In this document: one piece after another, positions 35,584-44,610 of the stretch | How positions within the stretch are numbered: the stretch's first letter is position 1 | How the letters are laid out: each line of letters opens with the position of its first letter | Source: a virus | DNA length: 64,000 nucleotides | Reading direction: 5' to 3' (one strand) | Virus record (IMG/VR): IMGVR_UViG_3300019458_000027 | Span: 25,191-89,190 of that record | Notes under the pieces: model-generated | The model's input: only the letters and a program-made list of their open reading frames with translations | Databases searched by the model: none | What the model was told of the DNA's origin: nothing | Translations under genes and position numbers: made by a program

Positions 35584-37376
35584 TACCAGTTCATCCTCCT
35601 GTGTGGCTTCTCCCCGTACCTCACCAATTTTTCCTGTTCTTCCCTCTGCGGGTCCACTGATTTCGGAGGTACGCCGGGAGTCCTATTTGCTGCCCACGAT
35701 CGGAACTCGTATTGACCCGCTTCCAAACAGAGGCGAACGACACCTGCGACAGCATCCGCAACGTCTTTGGATCCGCCCATTCTCCCTTCTTCAACCTGTC
35801 GTCTATAGGAGTTGTCAGGGTGATCTACCTTCTGTCCAACTTCCGTTAGTTGAAGTTCCTCCAGTTCTCTCTGGAGGATCGGCTGAGCGTAGAGGTCCAC
35901 CAAACCTTTGTATATTAGCTCCTTCAAAGAGTCGTAAGCAATCCTATCTCTATCGACTGACTGAACCTCTGACTGAATGCCAGCTTTGTTCAGCAGTTGA
36001 ATTTCACCTAGAGATTGCCAGCCGTCGTAAGTTACCTTGTGAATCGGAAACTTAGCACCATATTTCAACTTCTCAAGGAACAACCGAACTTCTTCTAATT
36101 GGATTTCTTGCCCTGGTCTCGCTCGAATTTGGATAGCCAGGTCTATTACCACCCCAACCTGGGGCTTACCCGCCACTCTTGAGAGGTCTATTCCCTCATT
36201 CTTTAGAACATTCTCGACATACTCTTGGCTGAGAGTCGTCGTCATACCTCTCACTAGGTGTCCAATTGAAATACCAGCACAGTCGCCACCTTCTTGCCCC
36301 TTCGCCAGGTCGACGTGGCAATAATAGCTGATACCAATCAAGGGGATGAAACTTTCTTTAAATCTAAGAGTTAAAAGGTCATCCGTCCATACCCTATCGC
36401 CAAAGACGGGGTTATCCCTACCTTTGTTAAAGCTTGCAGATATTCTCTCTCTATACCTGATATAGCCCCGTTCACCAGCTTCGATAATGCACTGATAGGT
36501 ACGTTTCGCTGCTATCGGGTCCTTGGCGAAATCGTCGGCGAAGTCCTCCATGGTAACCCTAGGATTCCACTCCCAGGTTGCCTTCCTATCTCGGAAGGTG
36601 GTAGGTTCGTTCTTCGCCTCATTGTACCGAATCATCATATAGTCGTTCTCATCCCGGGGATAGGATATCAAGAACGTCTTGTGGAGCTTTGGAAACCGGC
36701 TTCTTTGGGTAGTCTTGAGGGCAGAATAAAGCTTCTTGGCTTTCAGCGGGGGGAATCCTCCCACCTCATCGAAGATTACCACCAACAGGTTAAGTCCCTC
36801 CCCAGTATACTCCTCGGAATCTAGGGAATAGGCGGTAATATTCTTCGGGAACTTGACCTCCCTGATCTGGATGGCCTTCTGGAGGTCTACCCCGTGCTCC
36901 TCAAACCAATTCTTCCCAGTCTTGGGGTCTCTCGTCTCCCTTAGGAGGGTGGTAAAGTTTTTAAAGAAAACGTCTTTCGCCAGTCGGGAGTTAATCGACA
37001 CATTACCCAAGTCAATAGCTGATCCAACGCCAAGGGTAGCCCCCATCTCTCTAAGGTACTTTTGGGGATTCCTCATACAGAGGAGTTTGTAGACACAGTA
37101 CACCAGGATTTTGGAGATTGTCCTATCCTTCCCTCCACCCTTCCCAATTAGCCCTATTCCCTCCTGGAAGGTACTATCCCAGGTAGTAGGATTGGTTCCT
37201 AGAGTTTTATCGACAAATGATTGTTGTTCGGGATAAGCTGCTTCCCCTATGTACTTCTCAAAAAACTCTTGTGGGCTTACTGGAGGTTCCAACCATGCTT
37301 CCCCAGTCTCTTTTCCCTCGTTGACCACTCCTTGAAGGATCTCCTCAGTCTCCTTAGGGATATCATTAGCTTCCAT
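35583..37376 (-). CDS. terL: Terminase large subunit
   Basis: GKGGGKD Walker A, VIFDEVG Walker B, LISYP, HVDLA nuclease motif, VDHP...SKDVADA. Confidence 0.9.
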   Translation of the reverse strand: MEANDIPKETEEILQGVVNEGKETGEAWLEPPVSPQEFFEKYIGEAAYPEQQSFVDKTLGTNPTTWDSTFQEGIGLIGKGGGKDRTISKILVYCVYKLLCMRNPQKYLREMGATLGVGSAIDLGNVSINSRLAKDVFFKNFTTLLRETRDPKTGKNWFEEHGVDLQKAIQIREVKFPKNITAYSLDSEEYTGEGLNLLVVIFDEVGGFPPLKAKKLYSALKTTQRSRFPKLHKTFLISYPRDENDYMMIRYNEAKNEPTTFRDRKATWEWNPRVTMEDFADDFAKDPIAAKRTYQCIIEAGERGYIRYRERISASFNKGRDNPVFGDRVWTDDLLTLRFKESFIPLIGISYYCHVDLAKGQEGGDCAGISIGHLVRGMTTTLSQEYVENVLKNEGIDLSRVAGKPQVGVVIDLAIQIRARPGQEIQLEEVRLFLEKLKYGAKFPIHKVTYDGWQSLGEIQLLNKAGIQSEVQSVDRDRIAYDSLKELIYKGLVDLYAQPILQRELEELQLTEVGQKVDHPDNSYRRQVEEGRMGGSKDVADAVAGVVRLCLEAGQYEFRSWAANRTPGVPPKSVDPQREEQEKLVRYGEKPHRRMNW

Positions 37377-37538
37377 TTATACCCCTTCGGGTGTAGCTTC
37401 GGGTTCTTCAACTACCTTATTAACCCGCCTCCAACAACCCTTATGGCAGTAGTTTCTACCATCCCGAAAGTAATGCTTCTTCTTCTTAAAGATACTCTTT
37501 TTATCGGCGGGACAGATTCCCAACGGATCTTTCTTCAC
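37377..37538 (-). CDS. 53 aa TRASH-like Zn-binding protein
   Basis: CPADK...NYCHKGC; fills gap exactly; not in ORF track. Confidence 0.45.
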   Translation of the reverse strand: MKKDPLGICPADKKSIFKKKKHYFRDGRNYCHKGCWRRVNKVVEEPEATPEGV

Positions 37539-37802
37539 TTAACAATACCTTTCCCCGGGCGGTACATCTTCGTCGTCGGGTGTCATTCCTTGCGGATGCT
37601 CAGGAGGTATTTCTATGTTTTCCAGATACTCGATAGCTTCTAAGCACTCCTCCATAGTATTGCTAAGCTCAGCCAAGTCCTGAAGACTGTCCTCCCTGTC
37701 CTTCAGGTCGTGTCCTAACTTAATCTGAAGGTCTACCAGTCTCGCTCGAATTGCTTGCCTTCCCTCTGTGGTCATGGGGGATAGGGGATGAATTTCTCTC
37801 AT
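37539..37802 (-). CDS. Hypothetical coiled-coil protein
   Basis: 87 aa. Confidence 0.5.
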   Translation of the reverse strand: MREIHPLSPMTTEGRQAIRARLVDLQIKLGHDLKDREDSLQDLAELSNTMEECLEAIEYLENIEIPPEHPQGMTPDDEDVPPGERYC

Positions 37803-37837
37803 ATTGTCCGTTTCCGGGATTCCCCTCTGTGGGGTTC

Positions 37838-38380
37838 TTACCCTTCTTGAACCGGGGTCGAAGCGGTTTTGAGATATTCCTCGATCCTGGCGATTAGAGA
37901 TGCTTTCAAACTGGGTGAATCTCCCAGTACGTCTTCTATGGCTTTGCTAAGAATCTTGATCGTCTCTTCTACAGCTAAGTTTGGAACCCTCGACTTTAAC
38001 CCTTTTTCTATCTCAATTTTGGTCCTAACCAATTTCTCGATACTATTGACATACCCTTGAATTGCCAATGGTCCCAAGTTCTCTTGGGTTAGCATGGAAG
38101 CTCGAACGAAGTTAATCTCATCGTCCAACTTCTCTACCTCCTCCTTATCTAGTTCGGAAAGCTCCTCGTAGACTTGGCTTAAGGTGGTATTCTTCTTCAA
38201 AAGTTGTTCGGAATAGATAAGTCCTTTTTTCGGGGTAGAACCTGCTCCCCCATGGTAGAGGCACCTTCCGACACTTACATGGCCGGTCTTATAACCAGCG
38301 GGAAGAGAACAATACCCTGGACTATTCTTCTTCCTAGCATTGCACTTGGTGTCGGGTTCTTTTACGGGCAGATCGCTCAT
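37838..38380 (-). CDS. Terminase small subunit (putative)
   Basis: Start at MSDLP (GAGGAGG RBS); CNARK...CSLPAGYKTGH...GRCLYHGGA motif; upstream of terL. Confidence 0.7.
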   Translation of the reverse strand: MSDLPVKEPDTKCNARKKNSPGYCSLPAGYKTGHVSVGRCLYHGGAGSTPKKGLIYSEQLLKKNTTLSQVYEELSELDKEEVEKLDDEINFVRASMLTQENLGPLAIQGYVNSIEKLVRTKIEIEKGLKSRVPNLAVEETIKILSKAIEDVLGDSPSLKASLIARIEEYLKTASTPVQEG

Positions 38381-38394
38381 GGTCCTCCTCAGAA

Positions 38395-38585
38395 TAAGTT
38401 GGGCCTCCCCCATTAGAGGAGGAGGCCCTCTGGGCCCGCCTACGGGCATAACGGATACTTGAAAAAGGGAAGGTGGCCATCATCGGTCGCTAGAGAGCGG
38501 CCGATCCTTCCCGAAAACTATAAGTGCAGTGGTTTTTTAGTCCGCTTACCCTGTTGGGAAAATACCACTAAAAACCAACTTTTGT
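38395..38585 (-). ncRNA. Structured leader/ncRNA upstream of packaging genes
   Basis: Four stems: 38528-38580, 38467-38512 (followed by U5 on minus strand), 38434-38447, 38401-38428. Confidence 0.45.
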
Positions 38586-38595
38586 AAGGAGTCTT

Positions 38596-38623
38596 ATCAT
38601 AGTTTGTGCTCCTTTGTGGGCAA
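38596..38623 (-). promoter_or_regulatory. Possible sigma70-type promoter for late operon
   Basis: TTGCCC-16 nt-TATGAT on minus strand just upstream of the structured leader. Confidence 0.3.
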
Positions 38624-38672
38624 CTTTTAGGTTGCGGTTTCACAAATGCTGGGTCTTGCAGATATTTGGGGA

Positions 38673-39098
38673 TTATTCTTTGGTGGGTTTGACGAGCAGG
38701 ATTAGAGCGATTCTCTTACGAAGTTGGGTTAGCCCCCTTCTCATTATAATAGAGGCGGATTGGTGGGTTATTCCTAGTTCTTTACCAATCTCCTCCAGGG
38801 TCATTGGCTTCTGTCTACTCAATCCGAAATAAAGAGTTAAGATTTCTCTCTGTCTCTTGGGAAGCTGTTCGAAAACCTGGTACAAAGCCCTAAGTACCAT
38901 AGGGTCTACCCTCTTTATCATCTGTCCTTGCTTTCTCTGGATGATATTGCTGAGAACATCGGGGTCGAAGGAAAGCTCTTTGTAGGACTTATTCTTGGTA
39001 ACGTCCCGCAACTGGGATTCCCAAAATTCGGTTACCTCTTTAGGAAGCCGATTGTAAGCTTTAGTTGTACCCTGCTTATAGACTTTGCTCATAGCCAC
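38673..39098 (-). CDS. Sigma-70 region-4 HTH protein
   Basis: LPKRQREILTLYFGL...MTLEEIGKELGIT...RRGLTQLRK; no region 2 recognisable. Confidence 0.75.
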   Translation of the reverse strand: MAMSKVYKQGTTKAYNRLPKEVTEFWESQLRDVTKNKSYKELSFDPDVLSNIIQRKQGQMIKRVDPMVLRALYQVFEQLPKRQREILTLYFGLSRQKPMTLEEIGKELGITHQSASIIMRRGLTQLRKRIALILLVKPTKE

Positions 39099-39107
39099 CC
39101 TCTACTT

Positions 39108-39296
39108 TCACTTTTCCCACAATACACCACTCCAATCAGGCATTACAGCGTGTTCACCAGCTAAAACTTCATCGATCACTTTTATCTTGTCATAAAATCC
39201 GTTCCCGTCAACCTGTTCGGTTAGATGAATCCACCCTTTTCCCCGTTCAAAGATTGCCGCCCTATGACACGCTATGCACTTCGCCTCTCCTAACAT
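39108..39296 (-). CDS. Hypothetical protein
   Basis: CIAC...GWIH...HAVMP. Confidence 0.5.
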   Translation of the reverse strand: MLGEAKCIACHRAAIFERGKGWIHLTEQVDGNGFYDKIKVIDEVLAGEHAVMPDWSGVLWEK

Positions 39297-40047
39297 TCCC
39301 TTCCTCCTCTCGTTTTGGGAAGGGCTTTAGTAAGTGTTTGATCGCACCAAGGTTTTTCTTCGTTTCAGCTTTACTACCACGAAAGGCAAAGTATCGTGCT
39401 TTACTAAGCTGTTTTATGACCGTGGCGTCAGGCCACACCTTTCGTACCTCATCGATCCTTTGACACCCCACTCTAGCCCTAACCGTTCTACTCCCAATTA
39501 TTTTACCTCCCGATTTTATTGCCCAACGTGTTTTATTCTTTCTCATAACTCCAGTATAAACAAAGTTGCAAGCTTGATAAATCGTGCCAACTTCTCCAGC
39601 ATTCGCATCCACCGTTGCCGTTACTACTTTATATTTCGGCGGTAGAAGCCTCATAGATTCTCTAATAAGCTTGCTAGCCGTATTTTTCGGGGTCCAATGA
39701 GCACAAGCCCCCCTAGCTAACAAGATCATCTTTCCTGTATAACCGTACTTGTCCCAAACCCCACGATTCTCCACATAATCGTGGGCGTAAATAACCACAC
39801 CCCCACATTCGTAACCTAGTCCATTTTTCCAGGGAAAGAAGATTCCGTAAGATTGAAGCATGACAGACGGCATTGTGCCTAACCACTCGTATCTCAAGAT
39901 GATCTCTTTAGTAAGTTGATAGCTTGAAGGCTTGACCACGGCCACGGAAAGATCAACGTTCACGTGGGACCACGGTTCAAGCCCGAAGTTTTTTAATTCT
40001 CTTTCCCTAATTGTGGATTGATGTGCTTTCACGGCGAAGGGTTCCAC
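39262..40047 (-). CDS. Mom-like GNAT-fold DNA modification protein
   Basis: ILRYEWLG, LARGACAH..PKNTASKLI..S, TATVD..AGEVGTIYQACNFVYTG. Confidence 0.7.
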   Translation of the reverse strand: MEPFAVKAHQSTIRERELKNFGLEPWSHVNVDLSVAVVKPSSYQLTKEIILRYEWLGTMPSVMLQSYGIFFPWKNGLGYECGGVVIYAHDYVENRGVWDKYGYTGKMILLARGACAHWTPKNTASKLIRESMRLLPPKYKVVTATVDANAGEVGTIYQACNFVYTGVMRKNKTRWAIKSGGKIIGSRTVRARVGCQRIDEVRKVWPDATVIKQLSKARYFAFRGSKAETKKNLGAIKHLLKPFPKREEEGNVRRGEVHSVS

Positions 40048-40667
40048 TTTGGATAGGGTCTAATCTGATATCTTAACTTCTTTAGTAACACTTTCCTCCG
40101 AGCTTTGCTACAGTTAAAGTAGACGTACCGATGTTTCCTCGGCCTCTCTGTGGCCAACATTTGGTTTCCTAATGCTTCTTTAGTCCTGTTCACCCCACCG
40201 TATTTATCGTACTGATGCCGATCATGCCCGATTTCACCAGGCAATTTCCACAAAACATGACGAGTGCTAAGTCCAGTATAAACCCAATTAGAAGCTTGGT
40301 AAACGTAACCCACATGATTTACGGAAGGATCGGCAAAACTTACGACGATATCCTTCTTGACCTTCTTCAAAGATTGGCTAATGACAAAACTCTCTAAGTT
40401 TTTGGGAAGTCCGTCTTCGACCCATAACCTAGTCAGTTCTATAACATTATTCGCTTCGTCTGCGCCACAAATGCCCACCTGTAAGTTTCTACTGGCCGGA
40501 ACACCATAAAGTGCAATTCCCACCAATCGGCAAACAACCTCCCCGCAATCAAAAACCCCGAAAGCATAACTACAGGGAGCTTTTCGGTGTAAATAATGGT
40601 TTCTAATGCTCAAGTCTTGAGCTAACGATTTGGCAATTGTCGTTACAACGAATCGATCAGTAATCAT
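40029..40667 (-). CDS. Mom-family adenine-modification protein
   Basis: NHYLHR, YGVPAS, VIELTRLWV, ESFVISQSL, SFADPSVNHVGYVYQASNWVYTG. Confidence 0.8.
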   Translation of the reverse strand: MITDRFVVTTIAKSLAQDLSIRNHYLHRKAPCSYAFGVFDCGEVVCRLVGIALYGVPASRNLQVGICGADEANNVIELTRLWVEDGLPKNLESFVISQSLKKVKKDIVVSFADPSVNHVGYVYQASNWVYTGLSTRHVLWKLPGEIGHDRHQYDKYGGVNRTKEALGNQMLATERPRKHRYVYFNCSKARRKVLLKKLRYQIRPYPKWNPSP

Positions 40668-42048
40668 AATCGTCGTCCATCAACCTCTTCCATCGCAAAG
40701 ATTCCGATTCAACCGGGGAAAGGTCGGCGGGACTTTTGAAGCCAACGTCAGCGTTCTTCTTCTTTTTCACCCTCTTCACGGACTCTTCAAAATGCCTTCT
40801 GGTAAGGTGAATCTTCTCTTTCTTGTAGGACTTATCATCAATGGCCGAGATAATGGCGGTCGTTACAAGCTCCCTCACATGAGAACCAGTCATTCCATCC
40901 GTGGCATCCGCAAGGGCTTTATAATCTAGCTCGGTTAAATCGCAAACGCAATCCCCACGATTAATGTAGAGCTTAAGGAGAGCTTCCCTCTGCGTCGCCT
41001 CAGGTAACTTTATCTCATAAGATCGGTCGAAACGCCCAGGTCGGCTTCTTAGGGCTTCCTCAATTTGCTCGGCTCTATTGGTAGTAGCAATGGTAACGAC
41101 ATACTCATTTGTCGTCAGACCATCCAATTGATTCATAAGCTCCCCTAGTAACCCCATGTCGGTCGATTGTTCTCGGTGCTTGGTATAGAGGTCCATATCC
41201 TCAAGGAAAAGAATGGCGGGGGACAGGTCCCTTACCAATTCGTATATATCACTAACGTCTTTCGCCTCCCGAACAAACCTAGGAGTTACCCAAACAAAAG
41301 AGCACCCAACGGTGGAACACAAAATCTTGCCAATAAGGGTCTTCCCCGTTCCGGGCACACCCTTAAGCATGATTCCTCTTTTGAAAGGAAGCTCGGCTTT
41401 CTTGTATGCTTCAATATTGTTGAATAAGCTATCAATGTTTAGCTTAAGCTCTTTCTTCACTTTCTCAGGGAGAATCACATCATCCCAAGTATATTTTCTG
41501 TCTAGTTTAATGTGCTTGAAAGCGGGATTTATCTTTTTCCCTTTTAAGAAGTTGTGAGATTTCGCATAAGCCCTGGAATCATTGAGAAATTTTTGTGCTG
41601 CGTCGGCTCCCTCTTTTCTGCAAAGAACCTCGTAAGTATATAGTCTTGAACCAGAAGAAGCCATCTCCACAACAATAGATTCACCGTTAGGGGTTTTCAA
41701 GAAAATGTTGCCCTCGCCCCATCCCCTCTTGAAAACTTCCGGTTCTATTTCTATGTTGATGTACTCAGGGGCAGAAATATCGTCGTCCCAAACTTTGAAG
41801 GATTGACCCCTAATGTACCCCGCCTCCTTGCAGAAATCCTCAAAGGCGGCGGCAATGAGAATGTGTTCGTACTCGGATATTCTCTGCGTTATCGAAAGAA
41901 CGTTTTGAATTGGAATCCCAACATGATCGGAATATAATTTAGATCGTAATTTAGAGTACCAACCAGAATGCCGAAGGGCCTCAGCATACTCCTGTAGGTT
42001 GGCTTCCGTAAGCTTCTTTCCTTGCCAATCGGGTTTTTCGTCAGACAT
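40657..42048 (-). CDS. AAA+ ATPase (classical AAA clade, no TM or protease domain)
   Basis: GVPGTGKT, LFLEDMD, IATTNR, ALRSRPGRFDR. Confidence 0.9.
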   Translation of the reverse strand: MSDEKPDWQGKKLTEANLQEYAEALRHSGWYSKLRSKLYSDHVGIPIQNVLSITQRISEYEHILIAAAFEDFCKEAGYIRGQSFKVWDDDISAPEYINIEIEPEVFKRGWGEGNIFLKTPNGESIVVEMASSGSRLYTYEVLCRKEGADAAQKFLNDSRAYAKSHNFLKGKKINPAFKHIKLDRKYTWDDVILPEKVKKELKLNIDSLFNNIEAYKKAELPFKRGIMLKGVPGTGKTLIGKILCSTVGCSFVWVTPRFVREAKDVSDIYELVRDLSPAILFLEDMDLYTKHREQSTDMGLLGELMNQLDGLTTNEYVVTIATTNRAEQIEEALRSRPGRFDRSYEIKLPEATQREALLKLYINRGDCVCDLTELDYKALADATDGMTGSHVRELVTTAIISAIDDKSYKKEKIHLTRRHFEESVKRVKKKKNADVGFKSPADLSPVESESLRWKRLMDDDYDY

Positions 42049-42066
42049 TAAGGAGTCCCTCCTCTA

Positions 42067-42216
42067 TTACGTACTATGAGCGCACTGATCACAAAGATAA
42101 ATGATCACACCATAAAACGGGTCAATCTCATAGCCCCAGACAGCGGGACGTTTATCACAACGAGAGCACATATAGATTCGCTTGGGTTTATGAGACTTTC
42201 TGACGAAAACGTTCAC
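42067..42216 (-). CDS. 49 aa Zn-finger protein
   Basis: CSRC...LCDQC; GGAGGG RBS, GTG start; not in ORF track. Confidence 0.5.
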   Translation of the reverse strand: MNVFVRKSHKPKRIYMCSRCDKRPAVWGYEIDPFYGVIIYLCDQCAHST

Positions 42217-42437
42217 AATCCCTCCTCGTACTCCTCCAATCCTTCTTGAATCTGCTCTTGCTCAGGAGGCAATTCACGACTTTCGTCGTTGTGAACTTGA
42301 GTGCCTGGATTACGAGGCCAGGACTTTCGTATTTTTATCCTATCCCGCCTTCTCTGTTTCTCGTCTTTCTTATCAGAGAACTCTCTCGTGGGTCTCCTGA
42401 TGTTCTCAGGTATCCTACCCTTCCCGAATCGTCCCAT
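42213..42437 (-). CDS. Hypothetical protein
   Basis: 74 aa, WPRNPGTQVH. Confidence 0.5.
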   Translation of the reverse strand: MGRFGKGRIPENIRRPTREFSDKKDEKQRRRDRIKIRKSWPRNPGTQVHNDESRELPPEQEQIQEGLEEYEEGL

Positions 42438-42446
42438 CGATCTTAC

Positions 42447-42524
42447 CTAGACATAATGGCAATCACAGTAGCAATCTCTATCTTTACAGTTTTTGTGATT
42501 CCCGTCGGAACAGTCATCACTCAT
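42447..42524 (-). CDS. 25 aa Cys/His-rich micropeptide
   Basis: MSDDCSDGNHKNCKDRDCYCDCHYV; overlaps protease stop. Confidence 0.4.
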   Translation of the reverse strand: MSDDCSDGNHKNCKDRDCYCDCHYV

Positions 42525-43242
42525 TAACTTTTTGTACTAAACCTGCGTCTGTTAACAATCTTCTGGCGTCTTCGATTGGGTAAGCAAAGTACATCGTGTG
42601 CTGAGGTCCTCCCTCGCTCGAAAACTCCGTAGCCGTCATACAAGCGATACCTACCAGGTAACCATCTTCTGACATTAATGCTCCACCCGATGAACCCGGG
42701 GCAACAAACACATCTAACTGCAACAGATTAGGCGTTGCCCCATCTGGTACATTTAGGGTAACATGAGTATTAGCTATAATTCCACTGTAGATCGAGGGAC
42801 GAGAATGCCGTATCATCCCAATTAGCGGGTAGGCGATCACCGCCACGCTGTCCCCAGGGAGGACAGGTCGTGTCAGATCAATCTTTACTGGAATTAATCC
42901 TGTAGCGTCCACCTTAATTAAGGCCAGGTCCTCCTCAGGGTCTAATATAATTGTAGTTGCACGGTATATTGTTCTATCCGCCATCCTGACGACTACTCCA
43001 GCGATTCCTACCGTGGAGAAGTTATGCTTTGTGGTTAAGATGTAACCGCCTTCCCCAACGACAACTCCGCTTCCCACCGTGTGGATTTTCTGGAGATCGC
43101 TCTTATCAAAGGTTATGCCAACGGAAACTATAGAGGGAAGAGTATCCAAATATAGCTTATCCTTGCCAGAATCGGCAAGGGAGGAACCACCAAACAACAA
43201 GATCGAACTAAGTGCCAGAGATACCAGGACCCGTACCTTCAT
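42517..43242 (-). CDS. Secreted/periplasmic trypsin-like serine protease (S1C, no PDZ)
   Basis: Signal peptide, GSGVVV...ILTTKHN, DLALIKV, PGSSGGAL; start at MKVRV (GAGGAGG RBS). Confidence 0.85.
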   Translation of the reverse strand: MKVRVLVSLALSSILLFGGSSLADSGKDKLYLDTLPSIVSVGITFDKSDLQKIHTVGSGVVVGEGGYILTTKHNFSTVGIAGVVVRMADRTIYRATTIILDPEEDLALIKVDATGLIPVKIDLTRPVLPGDSVAVIAYPLIGMIRHSRPSIYSGIIANTHVTLNVPDGATPNLLQLDVFVAPGSSGGALMSEDGYLVGIACMTATEFSSEGGPQHTMYFAYPIEDARRLLTDAGLVQKVNE

Positions 43243-43579
43243 TGCCTTCCTCCTCAGGCCCCATATCAAACGGCAAGGGGCCAAGTCTATTCTCAAAATC
43301 GTATTGTTCAACTAACGCCCTCGCTTGGTCCAGTACCTCAGGCGGTACATTTTTCGATAAAAGGGAAAGTACCTTTATTAGGAAGGTCGTCTGAACGGTT
43401 ACTTTGTCGAAGTCCTGCAGAATCATAACCCTCTCACGGAGGAGAGCTTGGGTAAGCTCTTCATAGCGTTGAACTAACAGCGTGAGATTTCTGAAATTCG
43501 TATATAATTCTTCCAACTCGTCGTAAGTAACAAGTTGGGGTCCAGACACCCATTTACTTATCCAGTTTAGGAGTCCCAT
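43208..43579 (-). CDS. Hypothetical protein
   Basis: Start reassigned to MGLLNW (AGGAG RBS). Confidence 0.5.
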   Translation of the reverse strand: MGLLNWISKWVSGPQLVTYDELEELYTNFRNLTLLVQRYEELTQALLRERVMILQDFDKVTVQTTFLIKVLSLLSKNVPPEVLDQARALVEQYDFENRLGPLPFDMGPEEEGNEGTGPGISGT

Positions 43580-43826
43580 CCTTCTCCTTTTGCCACCTAA
43601 CGTAGGCGTAACTTCCAACCCCGCTACCAGCTGCATACGACACAGCCAACCAAAGATTGCTAATATTAGACACGATAGACACCAAAACAGCATACCAAAT
43701 GATAACGTAGGCAAAATCCAGCATACCCGATAGAAATGCATGACCTCTGCTAATAGCTTTTACGTGCCAAGAACTAACGAAATCCTCCAACACCCCGGCG
43801 AGGAATAATCCAACAAGAAGAAGCAT
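43554..43826 (-). CDS. DUF5698/DUF2179-like 3-TM protein
   Basis: Three hydrophobic helices, YAAGSGVGSY. Confidence 0.6.
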   Translation of the reverse strand: MLLLVGLFLAGVLEDFVSSWHVKAISRGHAFLSGMLDFAYVIIWYAVLVSIVSNISNLWLAVSYAAGSGVGSYAYVRWQKEKDGTPKLDK

Positions 43827-44335
43827 TACTTTTCCTCGTCTTTGATCTTCTTGGTATACTCTTCCTTGATATGATCAAGCATGGAATCCCAGGTGTCGAA
43901 TCTCCTGCCCGTTTCCAGTAAAAGGGACAGAATCCATGAATTGACCTTACTAACGCTACCCGAACACTTCCAAAGAACGGGGATTTTTTGCTCCCAAGCT
44001 TTCACGATTTCGTGCACTGTACCACCCATCTGTGCACCGTCGGAATCGGGAACCAAAGCGATTAGAAACAAGGATTTACTAACGGCCGTGATATCCTGAT
44101 CTCTAATGGGAGCCATATCCTTAAGGAACAACTCCCACTGACCTTGTTCCTTAATCTTGGTCATTTTCGTCTTGTGTTCTACTACGGGGAGACCCGATAC
44201 GTCGGCCTCCCGAATACATGGGTCGAATACATGGAGGCCCAATTTCTCAAGATCGGGAGTCAGTCGTTCTCTCCACTTACTCCCTCCATCCTTAGCGTCC
44301 TCGATAGGTCCGCAGAGATAAACCATATATTTCAC
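43826..44335 (-). CDS. Nucleoside 2-deoxyribosyltransferase / deoxynucleotide N-hydrolase family
   Basis: VYLCGPI, FDP, DITAV, GTVHEI (catalytic Glu position), KIPV. Confidence 0.75.
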   Translation of the reverse strand: MKYMVYLCGPIEDAKDGGSKWRERLTPDLEKLGLHVFDPCIREADVSGLPVVEHKTKMTKIKEQGQWELFLKDMAPIRDQDITAVSKSLFLIALVPDSDGAQMGGTVHEIVKAWEQKIPVLWKCSGSVSKVNSWILSLLLETGRRFDTWDSMLDHIKEEYTKKIKDEEK

Positions 44336-44610
44336 GATTCCTCCTTCTCTGAACTTCCATCCTTTGGAAACTCCAACGTAACACTAACCATATTGAACTT
44401 AGCTCGGATGGTATTCAGTATCATCAGTTTGTCGGTAATCTTGTCGGCGGCGGCGTCCTCCGCTTCTGGAACAGCGATCACTGCATGGGCATTACGCAAC
44501 TCAGCATCGAGAAAGTCGCCGTAGGTCCTTAGTGCATCGAGAACCATTCGGTATTCATCAAAAGGGAACACTACTTCTGTTTTGTCGGTTTTTATCGTAA
44601 CGTCTGTCAT
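44332..44610 (-). CDS. Hypothetical protein
   Basis: 92 aa, coupled both sides. Confidence 0.55.
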   Translation of the reverse strand: MTDVTIKTDKTEVVFPFDEYRMVLDALRTYGDFLDAELRNAHAVIAVPEAEDAAADKITDKLMILNTIRAKFNMVSVTLEFPKDGSSEKEES

